Of a DNA stretch of 64,000 bases, positions 63,401 to 64,000 are shown piece by piece. Source of the DNA: Patellaria atrata CBS 101060 (Eukaryota); contig MU006094.1 of the NCBI GenBank assembly GCA_010093705.1, positions 595,550-659,549 on the forward strand, read 5' to 3'. The notes below the pieces were generated by a model. The model was given only the letters and a program-made list of their open reading frames with translations. It was not told where the DNA came from and made no database searches. Positions within the stretch are counted from its first letter, which is position 1. The number at the start of each line of letters is the position of its first letter. The translations under genes and the position numbers were made by a program.

Positions 63401-63549
63401 AGAGTTTCGATATAATAATATCGGGGCCTTCGTTTCCTTCACTTCGTCTACCCTCAATCCCGTTTGGAATTTCCACTATCGCTGAGCAAGCTTCCAAAGG
63501 GACGGTAGAGCTTTTTTCGTCACCACCGTTCTCTCAGGTAAAGGAGTAA
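60439..63549 (+). CDS. Large Ser/Pro/Thr-rich hypothetical protein (about 1036 aa) with internal repeats
   Basis: 1036-codon ORF with Lys-rich N-terminus and a coiled-coil-like segment; a further exon after the GTAAAG donor near 63538 is possible. Confidence 0.7.
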   Translation: MGKGKKKGKSKKSKAKQTVSEDPQDIQRKDSPSQTLETPPSPVSAHSYASAIVIPNANAQGQSKGKQKAQEHRSGRIPSNPPPSYFLQAARLARLKWHEYISAITGNYTTCLKEIVIRSLVEEVLTDPEDPGLDEIIERFKALLDLVSTAEQRKISTNGIYSTNTRATHTIDALNPKGASSVGLSTTRPNKSTAGSDPSFSSPITGLKTRLLEFQKHVAEKLLHDAEQLRLKQVKKLELVSNLSKEVSNLYQIVCTLLEETETVEHSLDKVDDFPTKGNFLDTINSIQDLAIANSHQLESEDNTDTSSYISTSRTMGTNPGSSGTQEDYAVSPKHTTSSNSFRHDILSTPKQSHTPARSHKLADNISENKINQLTIAGQKRVDSVASLKNTSPSRSSDIDKEELPGPNRRTKYSETYSSPSGSLSLAGNTLTEKLVVRGSTKISSTNNSHSDTPKQHPGPSITKGNPTLPSLPPMTHFDTENVSSKISISSHSLALVPPPPAKPSPDILASSPSSLWCSLPTAQVEISTTERRSSDVSVPPSSMPPSRPPEVQFEYSAVAVQGFREATLREARSLSTTRSDTPKVDPELSALSPSLPSVQSSKPHLGGSPIAEEAFQGQAYIGFSLPSSFELGKSTPIEKAISGCKTETSSRRTSSHTIELVDGPGEINIDSTEPYLSSTIQVEGSTMANSEHDVPISLPSFPPVSIATGHPEVSTTPELVSQEPPSTGPSSSSLPPASITMSYPEGSTTPELVSQEPPSARPSSPSLPEPGVFANEQKELILDTISSSSPSHDTEKAPEPKEIWVHFTGPELPKLIPYEGLTTGEQLKETWVHFTGPELPNLVRFEGLTEAEKILDVTIWERPSPPLRLPSPPINGPTILEQTSQETTIAEPDSMSADQFEVSSTTKPSFDISSLSPPPVWHVLPESQFVVSTAQEKAESELQYTTANCDSNGDMEQFEGQPNQKMLKGKLVEHHSPSITRFGFPSKSFDIIISGPSFPSLRLPSIPFGISTIAEQASKGTVELFSSPPFSQVKE
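62569..62990 (+). repeat. Two in-frame coding duplications (99-nt and 81-nt period)
   Basis: PEVSTTPELVSQEPPS/PEGSTTPELVSQEPPS (about 62571 and 62670); KEIWVHFTGPELP/KETWVHFTGPELP (about 62841 and 62922). Confidence 0.85.
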
Positions 63550-64000
63550 GTACTGAGTGAACCCACTCAACATAAATGCTCCTCTACATTACAGCCTTCA
63601 TGTTCACCTCGAAGTGATCCCGAGCGATCCAGATTGTTGTTTGAGAATGGAAAAAGACAGTCCATTTTGGATAATTGTAGCTAGTCTATTATTGGGTCAG
63701 AGTGCATGAAATAGCCAATACACAGTCTACCACTTTTAAATCTCACTATGGCTCAATCCCAACTTGAGAAATAAATTGCGTGTGTTCTTTTCTACTTGCT
63801 TTTACTTTACTCCATTATCATTTGAAGCACCGCGAACAAGCACGACAGTACCGAGTACACATATCCTACTTATTTTTGCGTAATTCAGGTGGTATAACGT
63901 AGTACATTTAGTGTAATTGTACAATTATCACGTATGATGGTGCTACTCGTCATTGTTGCTTCATCCGTTTCTTCATTTATATAGACCGTACTGGACGTCG

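Overview
Intron-rich fungal (Pezizomycotina, possibly Dothideomycete) chromosomal DNA with about 23 protein-coding genes, one intron-containing tRNA-Glu(CTC), three adjacent pseudogenes and a ~290-bp fold-back element. Housekeeping genes include AMA1-like APC/C activator, BET4, a KH protein, RRP12, RPS8, RPS10, SDE2, a SNF2 ATPase and an HMG-box transcription factor. Metabolic genes include a Zn-dependent dehydrogenase, a divergent GH51 arabinofuranosidase/MFS sugar porter pair, an old yellow enzyme, an FMO and a secreted SGNH-like protein. Most notable observations: (1) the AMA1-like gene yields a full-length protein only if a 51-nt AT-AC intron (2793-2843) is removed, a candidate splicing switch for a meiotic regulator; (2) a tRNA-flanked decayed region holds a GGPP-synthase-like pseudogene invisible in the ORF track, plus amidase and phosphotransferase pseudogenes; (3) a fold-back MITE-like element shows RIP-like mutations; (4) two long introns (MFS last intron, RPS8 5'UTR) fold into extended stems; (5) a four-exon orphan gene is missed by the ORF track. 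All gene models are manual reconstructions from splice signals and recalled family motifs; no database searches or folding programs were run.
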